From positions 21,970,210 through 22,034,209 of the forward strand of contig NC_134030.1 in assembly GCF_964204645.1 (NCBI RefSeq): a DNA stretch of 64,000 bases, read 5' to 3'. Shown in pieces: positions 37,901-47,975 of this stretch (the first letter of the stretch is position 1; every line of letters begins with the position of its first letter). Source of the stretch: Tubulanus polymorphus. Taxonomy: Eukaryota > Animalia > Nemertea. The notes beneath the pieces are model-generated. The model had not been told where the DNA came from. It searched no databases and was given only the letters and a program-made list of their open reading frames with translations. The translations under genes and the position numbers were made by a program.

Positions 37901-40900
37901 CCTAACACTAAACTCCTAACACTAGACTCCTAGCTCTAGACTCCTGATACTAGACTCCTAACACTAGACTCCTAACACTTAACTCCTAACCCCAAGATCC
38001 TTTGCTGAGACTAAATTCAGCAATAAATAAAAATGATATTTATTTCTAAAAATCGCTTCACATCATGAAAATATCTCGAAGCTTTTAACCTGAAACATTG
38101 AAATGTTACAATATATCAAAAATATCAAATATTTTAAAAATAAGGTATAGAAATAAAGTAAAACATTGAATGACGATATAATGAAGAATGATTACAATAA
38201 CTTAGGAAATAAAAAAATTGAGAATTGAATAAAACATCAACAGAAATAAATACTCATGTAACAGAAATATGTTTAAAGTATTTTTTGAAAGATGAGAAAA
38301 GTGTTTAGTTGTCATATTATTCGATGAATAATTAAGTTATAATGAGTTTTTTTTAGATTTAGATTTAAATCAAAAGATGTTAAAATTATATAGTTAAAGT
38401 GAACTGTATGAATTAACCTGTTTATATCTACTCAATGTTTATATATGAATCATTGTTTTTTCTGTTTTTCAGTAAAATATGAAAGAGCGAGTAAGTACTG
38501 ATAACAACTTACACGTTAAAGTCTGTTTTGATATGTCCTGCTTTTAATAATACTGGTTCTTAATGGTAGCTTAACTGGTTCTTAAGTAGCTCTAAATCCA
38601 GTAAACTGCTCAAAGAGCTTTACACTGAAATGCTTCCTTAAGAAATAAACATTTTAAAAGCCGTCTGAATTTATTAATGGAAAGAACAGCCTGTGGGCTA
38701 GGCCCCCCTATCAATCTTCAATATTGTGGGTTGTTTAGAGCCTGTACAGTCAATATTCATTTTTCCGGTTTAACTCAATCCACTAAATTTGTAGATGTGA
38801 AAGAAGAACACGTTTCACTCTCCCTGCAGTAAATCTATTGTGTTTATTCTGTTTCAGTGAAACACATCAAACCAATAATTGCAAACAGGATCCCGGGATT
38901 TAAAGGTGAATACATTTTCTTGATCGGGAGACGTACAGGTGAAGGTCGACTGTTTTCTGTAGGAAGATATGTGACGCCATAGGCGAAGTATAGATATTTC
39001 ACAATATCAGTCAATGTCACGGTAGTTTCTAATCAACATGTCTAATTATAGATTCACTAGTGACTATTTTAGAAGATAAATGTAAAAAGGCTAGCAGTAC
39101 TGCGTTCTCAAAATACTGGAAGTATGATATATCTCGCGCATGTAAGTTTATCAGTTTTTTTATCTCTAATTGAATTCTATTTTCACTCCGATATGATATG
39201 TCGGGATACGCCCATAATACCTCCGCCCAATATACCTCCGTCCAAAATCCCACACCCGGAATCCCTCCACCCAGAATACCCTCATATGTGTCCAAAATAC
39301 CTCCACCCATAATTAAAAGAAATACTATAATTCTATTATTTAGATGTATAAAGTACCACCAATATTGACTATTATACATGTATAGGATCATATATAATGT
39401 ATTACGGTATATATAAGCCTATACTGAATAATAATTGAATAACAATTAATGACAATGTTCACTTCTAATTAGTAATGGCTGGGAAATTTACAAATCGACC
39501 CAATTTGAATAAACAACGAGATAGGGATTATAGAATATTAATTAGTTTATCTCGTGTCTTTAATCTGATACTAGATTTCTCTAGAAACAATTCAATATTT
39601 AGATTATAGAATATTAATTATTCCTCTAATCTAAGAAAACAATGTACTACATTTCGGTTTACACAATGAATTCAGTTTATTTCCATTTAACTGCAACAAT
39701 GATCTTCGAACAATAAACTGAAATTAACATTATACTTTGTTAACTACTTTTAAACTACAGAACTTTGGTTTATTTGAATATGGCCTGTAAATTCAAACTT
39801 GGATGGGGACAAATTCTAAAAAATTATATTACTAATAGGTTCCTAATTTTTTTCCTTCAGGCATAAACCCATTAGATCTAGGGCCTGGAGGTATTTTGGA
39901 AACATATGAGGGTATTCTGGGCGGAGGGATTCTGGTTGTGGGATATTTGGGTGGAGGTATTTTGGGCGGAGGTATTATGACCCGGATTCGATATGTCACA
40001 AGTTATAATCATAAGTATTTACAATTTCATATCGAAATGTTCAAAATATTTCACATCACTTACTTCATGAAATACTTATTAACTATCAAAATATAACAAT
40101 AACAATGTAATATGATTTTACTAAATATATTATCAATATGTGCTTTTATCGTAATCAACATGTCAGACTAGTCATTACGTATTCATAGTAATTAACTCTA
40201 GTCATTTCATCAATAATGAATTTGTGTCTCTCAAACATATCGTTAGTTTGTGATTCCTGTTGGCTACAACTTGTCTGACACCTCTCCCTCCATACACATG
40301 ATTCTGTTTAATAAAGACTATGTAAAGTTATGATAATCATTCACATTGTGGGATGCAATACAGATAGTACATATAAGGTTTAACTGCCTGTTCCTGATGG
40401 ATGGAGTTCTGTACCGCTGGTGTAAATGCTAGCCCCCCCCCGCCAGCCTGCCTGCCGATACAACAACCAGCCGGTTACACTATTGTATAAAAACTTGCCT
40501 ATTGTCTATTACATATAGTGTCTGTACTCAGTGAATTAACCAGTAAAACTTTAAAGACAAACACAGGTTATTGGAAACAAGTCAAAGAATGTTTCGGTAA
40601 ATGATAAATTCTTGTTTCTCTGAACGTTTTATTAAATGATCTGATTTTTATGTTTTGAATAATAATTGTTTGTTCTGTTTGAATAGGAGATGAAATTGAC
40701 AGTGAAACAAATACAACTGAACTGACAGAAATAGGTGAATATCAATACAATAACAACACATTATTCAAATAAACAAAATGTGTTGTTGAATTCCAGAAGA
40801 TGAAATTCATCAATGTTTTCAGATCTTTAGAGGCATCTGTTTTGATTCAGAGCCATGTTCTAAGTTTGAAAGTCACATTTTTTATCTCTGTGAATATTTA

Positions 40901-43900
40901 TTTTATTTAATCATTTTTTTTCAGTTGATGAGTGTATGGGTAAATGTACTAAAACAATAAGGGATGAATGGAATGCTGGTGAGTACCCTTCATGAGTACC
41001 CTTCACGAGAACCATATATTACTAGTAGACTTAAAATGCAAGTCGTAATTTCAGTACCTGGGTACAAACTACTGGTAGTTAAGCCAGTAGTTTGTACCCA
41101 GATATGTGATCAGTGAAGTGAGTACAGATAGATATATATATATATATAGATAATAGATAATTTCATTGTCCACAAAAAAAATTTGCATTGAAAAAATTAT
41201 TTTCAATAGTTATCAATATCACGATTCAATCGTGATATCACAATATCAATACAAGTGTTGTGATTAACAGATATATAGCAGCAGCAGCAGCAGCAGCAGC
41301 AGCCGCCGCACAAGGAAGGGCCAGTTTCACATCAATTTTACTTAATAAAAGTTGTCATAAGCAACTAATAGTTAATTTTCTTCGTGGGACTGACCCCAGT
41401 AAACATTCAATAGTATTCATACTCAATCTGATAATAGTGTATATTTAGGATACATTATCTATTGTCAACCTGACGACATAGTTTGCATAAATGGCGCAAT
41501 AGAGGTATTCCAGGTTTCAAATAGTTGTTTTAGATTTTCAAGGCTTGAGATATTAAAAAAGTTACGCGGGAGTAGGTGATCTTTTACTTCCGCATGTGCG
41601 AGGCATTCTAGCAGGGCATGGCGTTAATCGCCTAAGATTTGCATATTGCACTCATCACATAGCCTTTTTTCCCCTTAAAATTCTGCGCCTATGATTACTG
41701 CATCTAATGCGAGCTAAGTTGACACGGAAGTTAGTCGGAAGGTTAGTTAGGTAGAATCCTTGCTCAAAGTAAAGTCACAGTCGTTGCGGAATTAATACAA
41801 TTAAAACACCTTTTTGGATAAACTGTTCTTCTAATCTTCTTTTCCGACTGGTAGATAAATTCTAGGTATATTTTGATTGAGCCAGAATTCGGCCATGCCA
41901 CAGCCTTCCAATATACGTTTCATGCTAAACAACCATATGTAATCATTACTCTCTCCTGCGACTGTACTAGACAGGGTTCTCTTATTTTCGGCGATAAGAC
42001 TAGCCCAGTATTTCACCATTGTGGCTTTTACTTCGCATTCCAATCGGTTTCTACCATTCTCACCATATACCATATAATTCGTGGTAGAGCGGTTTAGTCG
42101 TAGTGTGCATTTACAAGAAGTTAGATGATTTTTTCAATACAGCTAATCCCCAAATTTCGCAAGCATATGATAAAATCGGTTTTACAAGTGCGTCAACAAG
42201 ATGGAAAGACGCGTCGTCCCCAAACCTATTTCTTGTGGATTTTTCTAAAACGTGGAATTGAGCCTTTGCACCACTGTCGGCTTACGTTTTGCGGCATTTG
42301 ACAAAAGTTCCAGTATGGTTAAATATAACGCCAAGGTCCTTAAACTGGTCGACTATTTCGATTTCACCATTTGCTAAGTGAAAATTGAGGAAATATGGAA
42401 GTCTTAGAATGCCGGTTCCAAGTCGAGGACACGGAAATTATTTAAATGTAATAAACATTCGTGTGATGTTGATATATAATCCATAACAAGCTTAACAGCT
42501 CCTTTTAAGCAGGTAAAATCACCACCAGTTGCTTTATCGTCTCCAACTCGACCATCAGCAATAGATAAGGCGTGATTCATTCTGTAACCATAATTATTGA
42601 TACCACCAGTGTCACGGTTAAACATGTCCAAAATAGTATGCGCTCTGAGACGGTCGACAGCTTCATTCAGTTTGTCAAACAGACCTTCAACATTTAATTT
42701 ATTGTCGCCATCGAGAAAAAGATATTGTAGTGTTCTTAAAAACATTAGTAACTATCTTCATCACTATGGAAAAAAAGGTATCGATCTTAATCATCAAACA
42801 AACCAGCATGGCCGTATATTCTTCAGGTTCGGGGCTGAAATAAACGCCGCAAATGATAACGTCTTGTTGCACAGTTGAATAATTTCTTAGCTAGTTTTAC
42901 CCATAGACATGGGTCTCGGTTTTCAATATGAATTTAGCATATTCGTTCTTAACAAAGATTACGGTTCCGCCAGATCTGCGCACTACGGTTGTTTTAATCA
43001 CGCGTTAAAGCCTAGTCTTTCCGCAAAATTTGACACCCAGGGTCCAGTTACAGTGATGAGTTAGAGTTAACTCTGAGTTAAGATTAGTTCATTTTCAATC
43101 AGTTAACTCTGGGTCAAATCTTAACTCAGAACTGTGGAACTGGGTCCAGTAATCCAGTGTTTTCCACCTTTGTTTCGGTTAACACATGAGTACCAAATAG
43201 AAACCCTCAACTGAGTACCCGGCCCTGGTACCTGAATTATGTAATTTCAATTCAGAGATCAAGTTTAACAAGCTGAACATTTAACCAGGTTGGATGACAA
43301 GTTTTCTGTGAACTTATATTTCATGTTTCAACATTTTAGACGATTTCAAAAACTCCAACGTGTTTATAGATGCAGGTAAATATTGTTTAGCTCTGATATT
43401 CAACCCAGTACTGCCCCCTGGTGACTGTATGAGATGTAACTATTCTGTTATTTGTATTGTAGCAGTGATTGTTGATGAGATAAAACGCGATTATTTTCAA
43501 ACTCCCGAATTTAAAAGTAAGTTTCCAATAAAATCAAAACCTGTTTTAACAACCAGAACTCAAATATTAATATCTGTATGTATTGTATTATTATTTATAG
43601 GATCAGTTGAGACTGCATTGAATGAAGCTATCGAGAATTCAGGTAATTGAATATTCATCATAAGTTCGAATTCTGTGTTTGAATTGAGCTCAGTTTGACT
43701 GAAGGTGTATTGTTTTATTGTGCCGGCTTTCATTATGTTTACAGGGAAATCGAAACATAACAAAAAACCAGACTATGAAGCTGCAGGTTTGTAAAATATT
43801 TCTACAATCAAACAATAACATTTCCTCATTTGACTGATGTAGTTAAGATGTGATCACTCCCTGATGACCACTAGGATGTGGTTTCTTGTTTTCCCCTCAG

Positions 43901-46550
43901 AATTATATCTTATCATTTCAGAGAGGTGGATAGCTGATGAAATGAAAGGTAAATTGACTGATAAAAAAATAAGTTTCATTCAGAGTTGAACAGTTTGTGA
44001 GGTTTTTCTATTTTTCATTTTACCAATTTTTAATTACAGATTTCAAAGTTCCACTACCTGATATTTTTGGTATGTAATATTGTTACCTCTCAGTGGCGGC
44101 TACGAACTGAAATATTCAACTAATCGATCAATTGAGTAAAAATTATGTTGATTTTTTTTAGAGCTCAATGACTATGCTAAATGGGCAGAGAAACACGGTA
44201 AAATGAAGATGGAAATGTATGGATAAAATTCAGTCATCAATTTTGTAAATATTTTGTGAAGTTAATTAATTTATATTTCAGTCGGTAATAATTCCACATA
44301 TTTGTTGAACAAGATACGTGCTATGAAGGATAAAGGTAATTAAAAGTGACTTAAACATAAACATCTTACTGGCCATAATACTGACCATTACTAAAAATAC
44401 ATTTGTCAATACTAAATCATACTTACTTAATATTAACTAAATTTTGACTCAATACTAACTTAATACTAACAATACTGACTCATACTAACTTAACACTAAC
44501 TAAAATGTTGACTCAATACTAACTTAATACTGACAATACTGACTCAATGCGGACTCAATAAGACTTACAACTGACTCAAAACTAACTCAATACTGACTTG
44601 ATACTGACTCAATGTTGATTCAATGTTAACCAATACCGACTCAATACTGACTCAATACCGACTCAATACTGACGAACAATACCGACTCAATACCGACCAC
44701 TCAATACCGACTCAATACTGATTCAATACTTAATACTCAACACTGATACAATACTTATAGGAACCATCTGTGATGTCTATTTGAGCTTCCTTTTAAAAAT
44801 ATGAAGTTGATTCAATATTATGAATGAATTATGAATGTATTCCTGATTGTGAATTTCATTTTATTTTCAAGCGATTTGAAAAAGAAAGGTTTCCTGGTAA
44901 ATGAAATGAGTAAGTAAATTATGAAGCCGTTACTTTCTGATTAAGACCAAGCTCGAGTGATGAAATAGTCTGAGATAAATCGTCGAAATTGAGATGAAAT
45001 TTAGTTTCATTTTCGTTTATGAGAAATCTGAAGTATGATTAAACCGGTTTAATCTGGATAACTGATGGGATGAAATTCATCTGGTTTATGAAATTCAGAT
45101 TTAAAATCGTATTGTTTGATAAAGAGCAGTAATTGAATCAAATCTTGATCTTGATCTTGATCTTGATTCAATAAGTTTGTTCTGTATTTAATGTTCTAAT
45201 CTCTACTGAACAGAATCATCAACAATGTTTGATAATATGATATGAAATCACTCACTAAGAACAAAAAGAGTGCGAAACATTCCTTCAGATAATATTCATT
45301 AACCATTTAGACTATATCCTAATAGACATCTTCAGGAATACTGTATTCCTTGAGCTAGTGTAGTTTATTCAACGTTTCGACTATATCCTAATAGACATCT
45401 TCAGGAATACTGTATTCCTTGAGCTAGTGTAGTTTATTCAACGTTTCGACTATATCCTAATAGACATCTTCAGGAATACTGTATTCCTTGAGCTAGTGTA
45501 GTTTATGCAACGTTTCGACTATATCCTAATAGTCATCTTCATGAATACTGTATTCCTTGAGCTAGTGTAGTTTATTCAACGTTGCGACTATTTCGTAATA
45601 GTCATCTTCAGCAATACCGGAGTGTACTAATAAAATCATTAGGTATTATCTATACAGCCCAGAACAAATGGACCAATTAAGTAATAAGATGTGACACAAA
45701 AAATGTCAGTGCGTTTCATAAAATGCATAACCTCTGTAAAGTCAGCTAATTATAGTTTTACTGCATGTGAATTGAAATTGGTACAATGATCAAAAATATC
45801 ATAGCTTTTGATTATTGTTTGCGATATTGATAAAATAAAAATGGATATAGGGACCGAAATTAAAGACTGTATGAGACATTTTTGTGATAACAATAATAAA
45901 AGTCTGATTAATCATTTCTAACAGATCTTCCTTCGATGTGTCTGCTATTTCTAGCACCGCAGAACTGATCTCTTTCCCGCATGGCATTCATCGATCTACC
46001 GATCTATGTTTTCGGTAGATCATTAAACGTCAGTTCATTCATTCCTTCGTCGGAGATCTCATAAATATGTATGTGGTGTAAGAAACACTTTGGACTTAAT
46101 AAAACACCCAGAAAAAATCAAAGATAATTCTAACTGAATCAGGGGTGGAATTAGTTGAGGTATTATTAACGATTGTCACTGTTAACAGTAAAGCCGTAAT
46201 TAGTTGAATTTTCAAGAGGTTGTGCATTTTATGAAACAGACTGTAGCGGGTTATATATAGTTGTATAAAAACAGTTACAAGCTGAACACATCTAAAACAG
46301 AGTAAACTCTAGGGGCTACTGATAAAGTATTGTGAATATAAGTTAAAGTTGACGGGTATCTACATTTAGGGAGTGTGCAGTTGTATTTGGTGTTTGGTTT
46401 ATATTGTACATGTATTTATTTATAGAAGTTACTCGTCCGAGTAATGAAACTGCTGCTAGTGATGGTCAAAGTGCTGCTGATGATAGTCACACAAGTGATA
46501 CCGTACCGAGTGGTGATCGTGAGTGGGGTGATATCGGTACACAAGTCTAG
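12299..46550 (+). CDS. Gene B1: multi-exon type-I membrane receptor with 4 Ig-like domains, TM helix, ~1050-aa micro-exon-encoded tail and C-terminal PDZ-binding motif (~1540 aa if all exons are used)
   Basis: Manual GT-AG model, all introns phase 1. Leader 12299-12413 (MKNLWRNPQKCLVIYVIILLNLMANNNSPQAFRVKRNT). Ig-like exons 13555-13845, 13943-14278, 15065-15400, 15866-16135. TM 16866-16964 (GIVAGVVIGILLILLILIILFILWRRGC). Tail exons: 18154-18228, 18309-18350, 19203-19247, 19382-19456, 19696-19743, 19978-20007, 20088-20138, 20224-20286, 20704-20787, 21255-21302, 21390-21428, 21606-21623, 21701-21748, 21838-21891, 22023-22070, 22398-22466, 22907-22936, 23185-23223, 23455-23610, 23750-23785, 25239-25256, 25381-25428, 25837-25914, 26047-26094, 26589-26672, 26852-26896, 26981-27031, 27349-27384, 27645-27662, 28123-28173, 28378-28467, 28549-28626, 28717-28764, 28943-28996, 31077-31112, 31342-31359, 31790-31840, 32171-32218, 32303-32431, 32654-32701, 33164-33247, 33440-33484 (weak GAG acceptor), 33652-33702, 35122-35157, 38473-38490, 38858-38905, 39052-39141, 40519-40596, 40687-40734, 40925-40978, 43340-43375, 43463-43516, 43601-43642, 43745-43786, 43922-43948, 44040-44069, 44162-44197, 44282-44335. 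Terminal exon 46426-46550 (...EWGDIGTQV*). The joined frame is open. 18704-18766 is a possible extra exon with a weak donor. Linkage of ectodomain and tail into one transcript is inferred from phase continuity. Confidence 0.75.
15525..15781 (+). repeat. 52-bp intronic minisatellite with Pol III A-box-like and B-box motifs (5 units; 4 units at 58640-58845)
   Basis: Unit GAACGTGGCAGAGTCTCACGATGTCATCAGGTTCGAATCCCTGCCGAGGGAG. Confidence 0.92.
23823..25195 (+). mobile_element. Non-autonomous Helentron-associated element (HINE/DINE-1-like) with internal ~150-bp tandem repeats
   Basis: T-run, then subTIR GCCCACTTGGGA with an adjacent inverted copy, then a (CGTC)n microsatellite. About 4-5 internal ~150-bp repeats at 24420-25120. 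3' subTIR TCCCAAGTAGGC (25161-25172), short palindrome GGTGTCC-CT-GGACCCC and TAGTT end. A related fragment lies at ~25630-25750. Confidence 0.8.
26677..26770. repeat. 22-bp minisatellite (CATCTACAGTAAACTACATTTA)n; paralogous array 33256-33365
   Basis: 4 and 5 tandem units directly after the donor of the VEYFK exon in each internal block. Confidence 0.9.
28838..28907. repeat. (AT)n microsatellite
   Basis: Perfect dinucleotide run. Confidence 0.98.
29018..30706. mobile_element. Composite non-autonomous DNA transposon with TATGG...CCATA ends and 6-bp TSD (IS3EU-like)
   Basis: TIR TATGGTGACTGATAAGGGCCATGAAAATATTTCC vs GGAAATATTTTCATGGCCCTTATCAGCCACCATA. CCCTCA is duplicated at 29012-29017 and 30707-30712. 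A second right end lies at ~30374, and 29018-29697 forms a long foldback with 30072-30374. Confidence 0.8.
29396..29653. mobile_element. Nested palindromic MITE with TACGG...CCGTA ends and 6-bp TSD CGCTAG (IS3EU-like)
   Basis: TIR TACGGAAGCCCCTAGGTGACATA / TATGTCACCTAGGGGCTTCCGTA; CGCTAG at 29390-29395 and 29654-29659; internal TCGAAATTCGAC subrepeats. Confidence 0.85.
33852..34182. mobile_element. Small foldback/MULE-like element with TTCCCATTTCGCCCC subrepeats
   Basis: Pyrimidine-rich subrepeats at 33852-33970 are inverted at 34080-34182. Confidence 0.6.
34250..35052. mobile_element. Foldback/MULE-like element with GGTAAAAATGCCAGA subrepeat TIRs
   Basis: Repeats at 34255-34340 are inverted at 34920-35050, around an AT-rich interior; a related fragment lies at ~686-715. 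Confidence 0.65.
35210..37990. repeat. 14-bp satellite (ACTCCTAACACTAG)n, ~200 units, intronic
   Basis: Direct tandem repeat with recurrent variants (ACTGAACTCC, CTAGCTCTAG, GACCCCTAAC); no spacers. Confidence 0.99.
39203..39989. mobile_element. Non-autonomous TIR element with subrepeat-rich ~100-bp TIRs and 8-bp TSD (Mutator/Phantom-like; superfamily uncertain)
   Basis: AATACCTCCGCCC... subrepeats are inverted at 39886-39989; GATATGTC at 39195-39202 and 39990-39997; absent from the paralogous intron 28468-28548. Confidence 0.8.
41430..42990 (-). mobile_element. Decayed, internally deleted non-LTR retrotransposon (APE endonuclease + RT C-terminus + Cys/His knuckle)
   Basis: Minus-strand translations: APE-like NNYG...IADGRVGDDKATGGDFTC...VMDYIS (42404-42745); RT thumb IEIVDQFKDLGVIF...LVDALVKPILSYACEIWG (~42145-42390, with a stop); MVYGENGR...MVKYW (41831-42073); GD*RHALLEC (~41600-41660). 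Boundaries are approximate. Confidence 0.88.
44380..44755. repeat. Degenerate 11-bp tandem repeat (CTCAATACTGA)n
   Basis: Visible periodicity. The paralogous B0 intron has only a seed (TTGACTCAATA, ~2780). Confidence 0.85.
45309..45616 (-). ncRNA. Tandem array (69-bp unit, ~4.5 copies) of minimal type-I hammerhead ribozyme motifs, Penelope-like-element type
   Basis: The minus strand of 45366-45409 and 45435-45478 reads TATTC-CTGAAGA-T-GTCTAT-taggat-ATAGTC-GAAA-CGT-T-GAATA. This gives stem I TATTC/GAATA, the CUGANGA and GAAA core, stem II (one U-U mismatch; perfect GACTAT/ATAGTC in the later units) and a palindromic ACGU helix III. The copies at ~45504 and ~45573 carry core mutations. Confidence 0.75.
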
Positions 46551-46859
46551 TTCCTACCCGTCGTTCCCCATAAGGGTTGATTTGACACTAAAATCAGTTG
46601 TTGCATTGCAAGACATTGCATGGACAGTTTCTCACCAAACGCTGTAGGGAACCCGAAACAACGACTGGTATTCAGACTAGTACACATGATTATAACCGCC
46701 AGTCTCTAGTGGTGGAACTGGGTCTGGGTGGAACTGTGTCTAACTCACAACTGTGGAACTGTGTTTTGTATCACGCTATTATCAAGATGTTTGTTAATCT
46801 CTTTTTGGGCTCGAATCATTAGAGATTTTATACGAAAAGAAAAAGAAAAAAGATATGAA

Positions 46860-47975
46860 CACAGTTTCTAATAAAATGTTTATCTTTGTTATTCGGTTGT
46901 ATGTAATTTCTGCGCTATTTAATTACTGTAGATCATTGATTAATTATTGCTGAAACGATTAATTGTAATTACATTAGTTAATCAAATAAATATGTTTTGC
47001 TTTTACTAAAATATACAGTGTAACTGAAGTAGATGAAATACAGTGTAACTGATGTATAGTGTAGCTGAAATACAGTGTTACTGAATGAATGTAGTATTTT
47101 ATTGTACCGTAGTTGTAACTTTATCCAGCAAAAATAAATTGTAAACGAAATTGCTTTTTGCTAAATCATCAGCGGTTGTTCTTGGGGAATATTAGGCCTA
47201 CATTGTAGTCAAACTTACGCTGTATAACTGTATTATGATACAATGTAACTGGTTTACTGTTTTACTATACATAAAATATTATGTTTTAAGTTAAAAACTG
47301 TAAAAATGCATCACTGATTGATTTGATAAGTTACTGATTCCATAAATTACTGCATTACTGAATACAGTTTCTAATAAAATATTTATCTTTGTTATTCGGT
47401 TGTATGTAATTTCTGCGCTATTTAATTACTGTAGATCATTGATTGATTATTGCTGAAACAACTAATTATAATAACATAAGTTAATCATAAAATATATTTT
47501 TTGCTTTCATAAACTCTCATAAAATACTGATTATATATTTCTCGTTTTTCGGCGTCGTATCTGTTTTTTTTTTCGCTAGCGAGAAAACTTCTCTTTGTTT
47601 TGCTGAAATCTGTGAAGGTTCACATTTGATTGTTTGACTTTTATCAGTCAAAATACTGAAATGTGCTAAAATATACAGTGTAACTGAAGTAGATGAAATA
47701 CAGTGTAACTGATCTAAAGTGTAGCTGAAATACAGTGTAACTGAATGATTGCAGTATTGTACCGTAGTTGTAACTATATCGAGCAGAAATAAATTGTAAA
47801 CGAAATTGCTTTTTGCTAAATCATCAGCGGTTGTTCTTGGGGAATATTAGGCCTACATTGTAGTCCAACTTACGCTGTATAACTGTATTATGATACAATG
47901 TAACTGGTTTACTGTTTTACTATATATAAAATATGTTTTAAGTTAAAAACTGTAAAAATGCATCACTGATTGACT
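46860..47975 (+). repeat. Local tandem duplication downstream of the B1 stop codon, including candidate AATAAA signals
   Basis: ACAGTTTCTAATAAAAT...TTCTGCGCTATTT occurs at 46861 and again at 47364, but once in B0 (4497). The polyadenylation role is inferred. Confidence 0.8.

Larger units (their letters stand above)
25200..43390 (+). repeat. Internal duplication of a 15-exon block within gene B1 (approx. 25200-31130 vs approx. 31310-43390)
   Basis: Exon-by-exon homology (VSPEEI/ASPKEI, VEYFKDEFISAIQSDES/VEYFKEEFIIAIQSDES, TNTGYWKQVKECF identical) with alignable intron flanks. The second block is expanded by a satellite, MITEs and a LINE. Confidence 0.93.

Noticed and set aside
35210-37990. 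CRISPR array or telomeric repeat (contains CCTAA/TTAGG)
   Set aside because: Contiguous 14-bp units with no unique spacers, no cas genes and a eukaryotic intronic context; the period is not telomeric.
41260-41448. Poly-Ala ORF
   Set aside because: A (GCA)n microsatellite beside the LINE relic; no splice or homology support.
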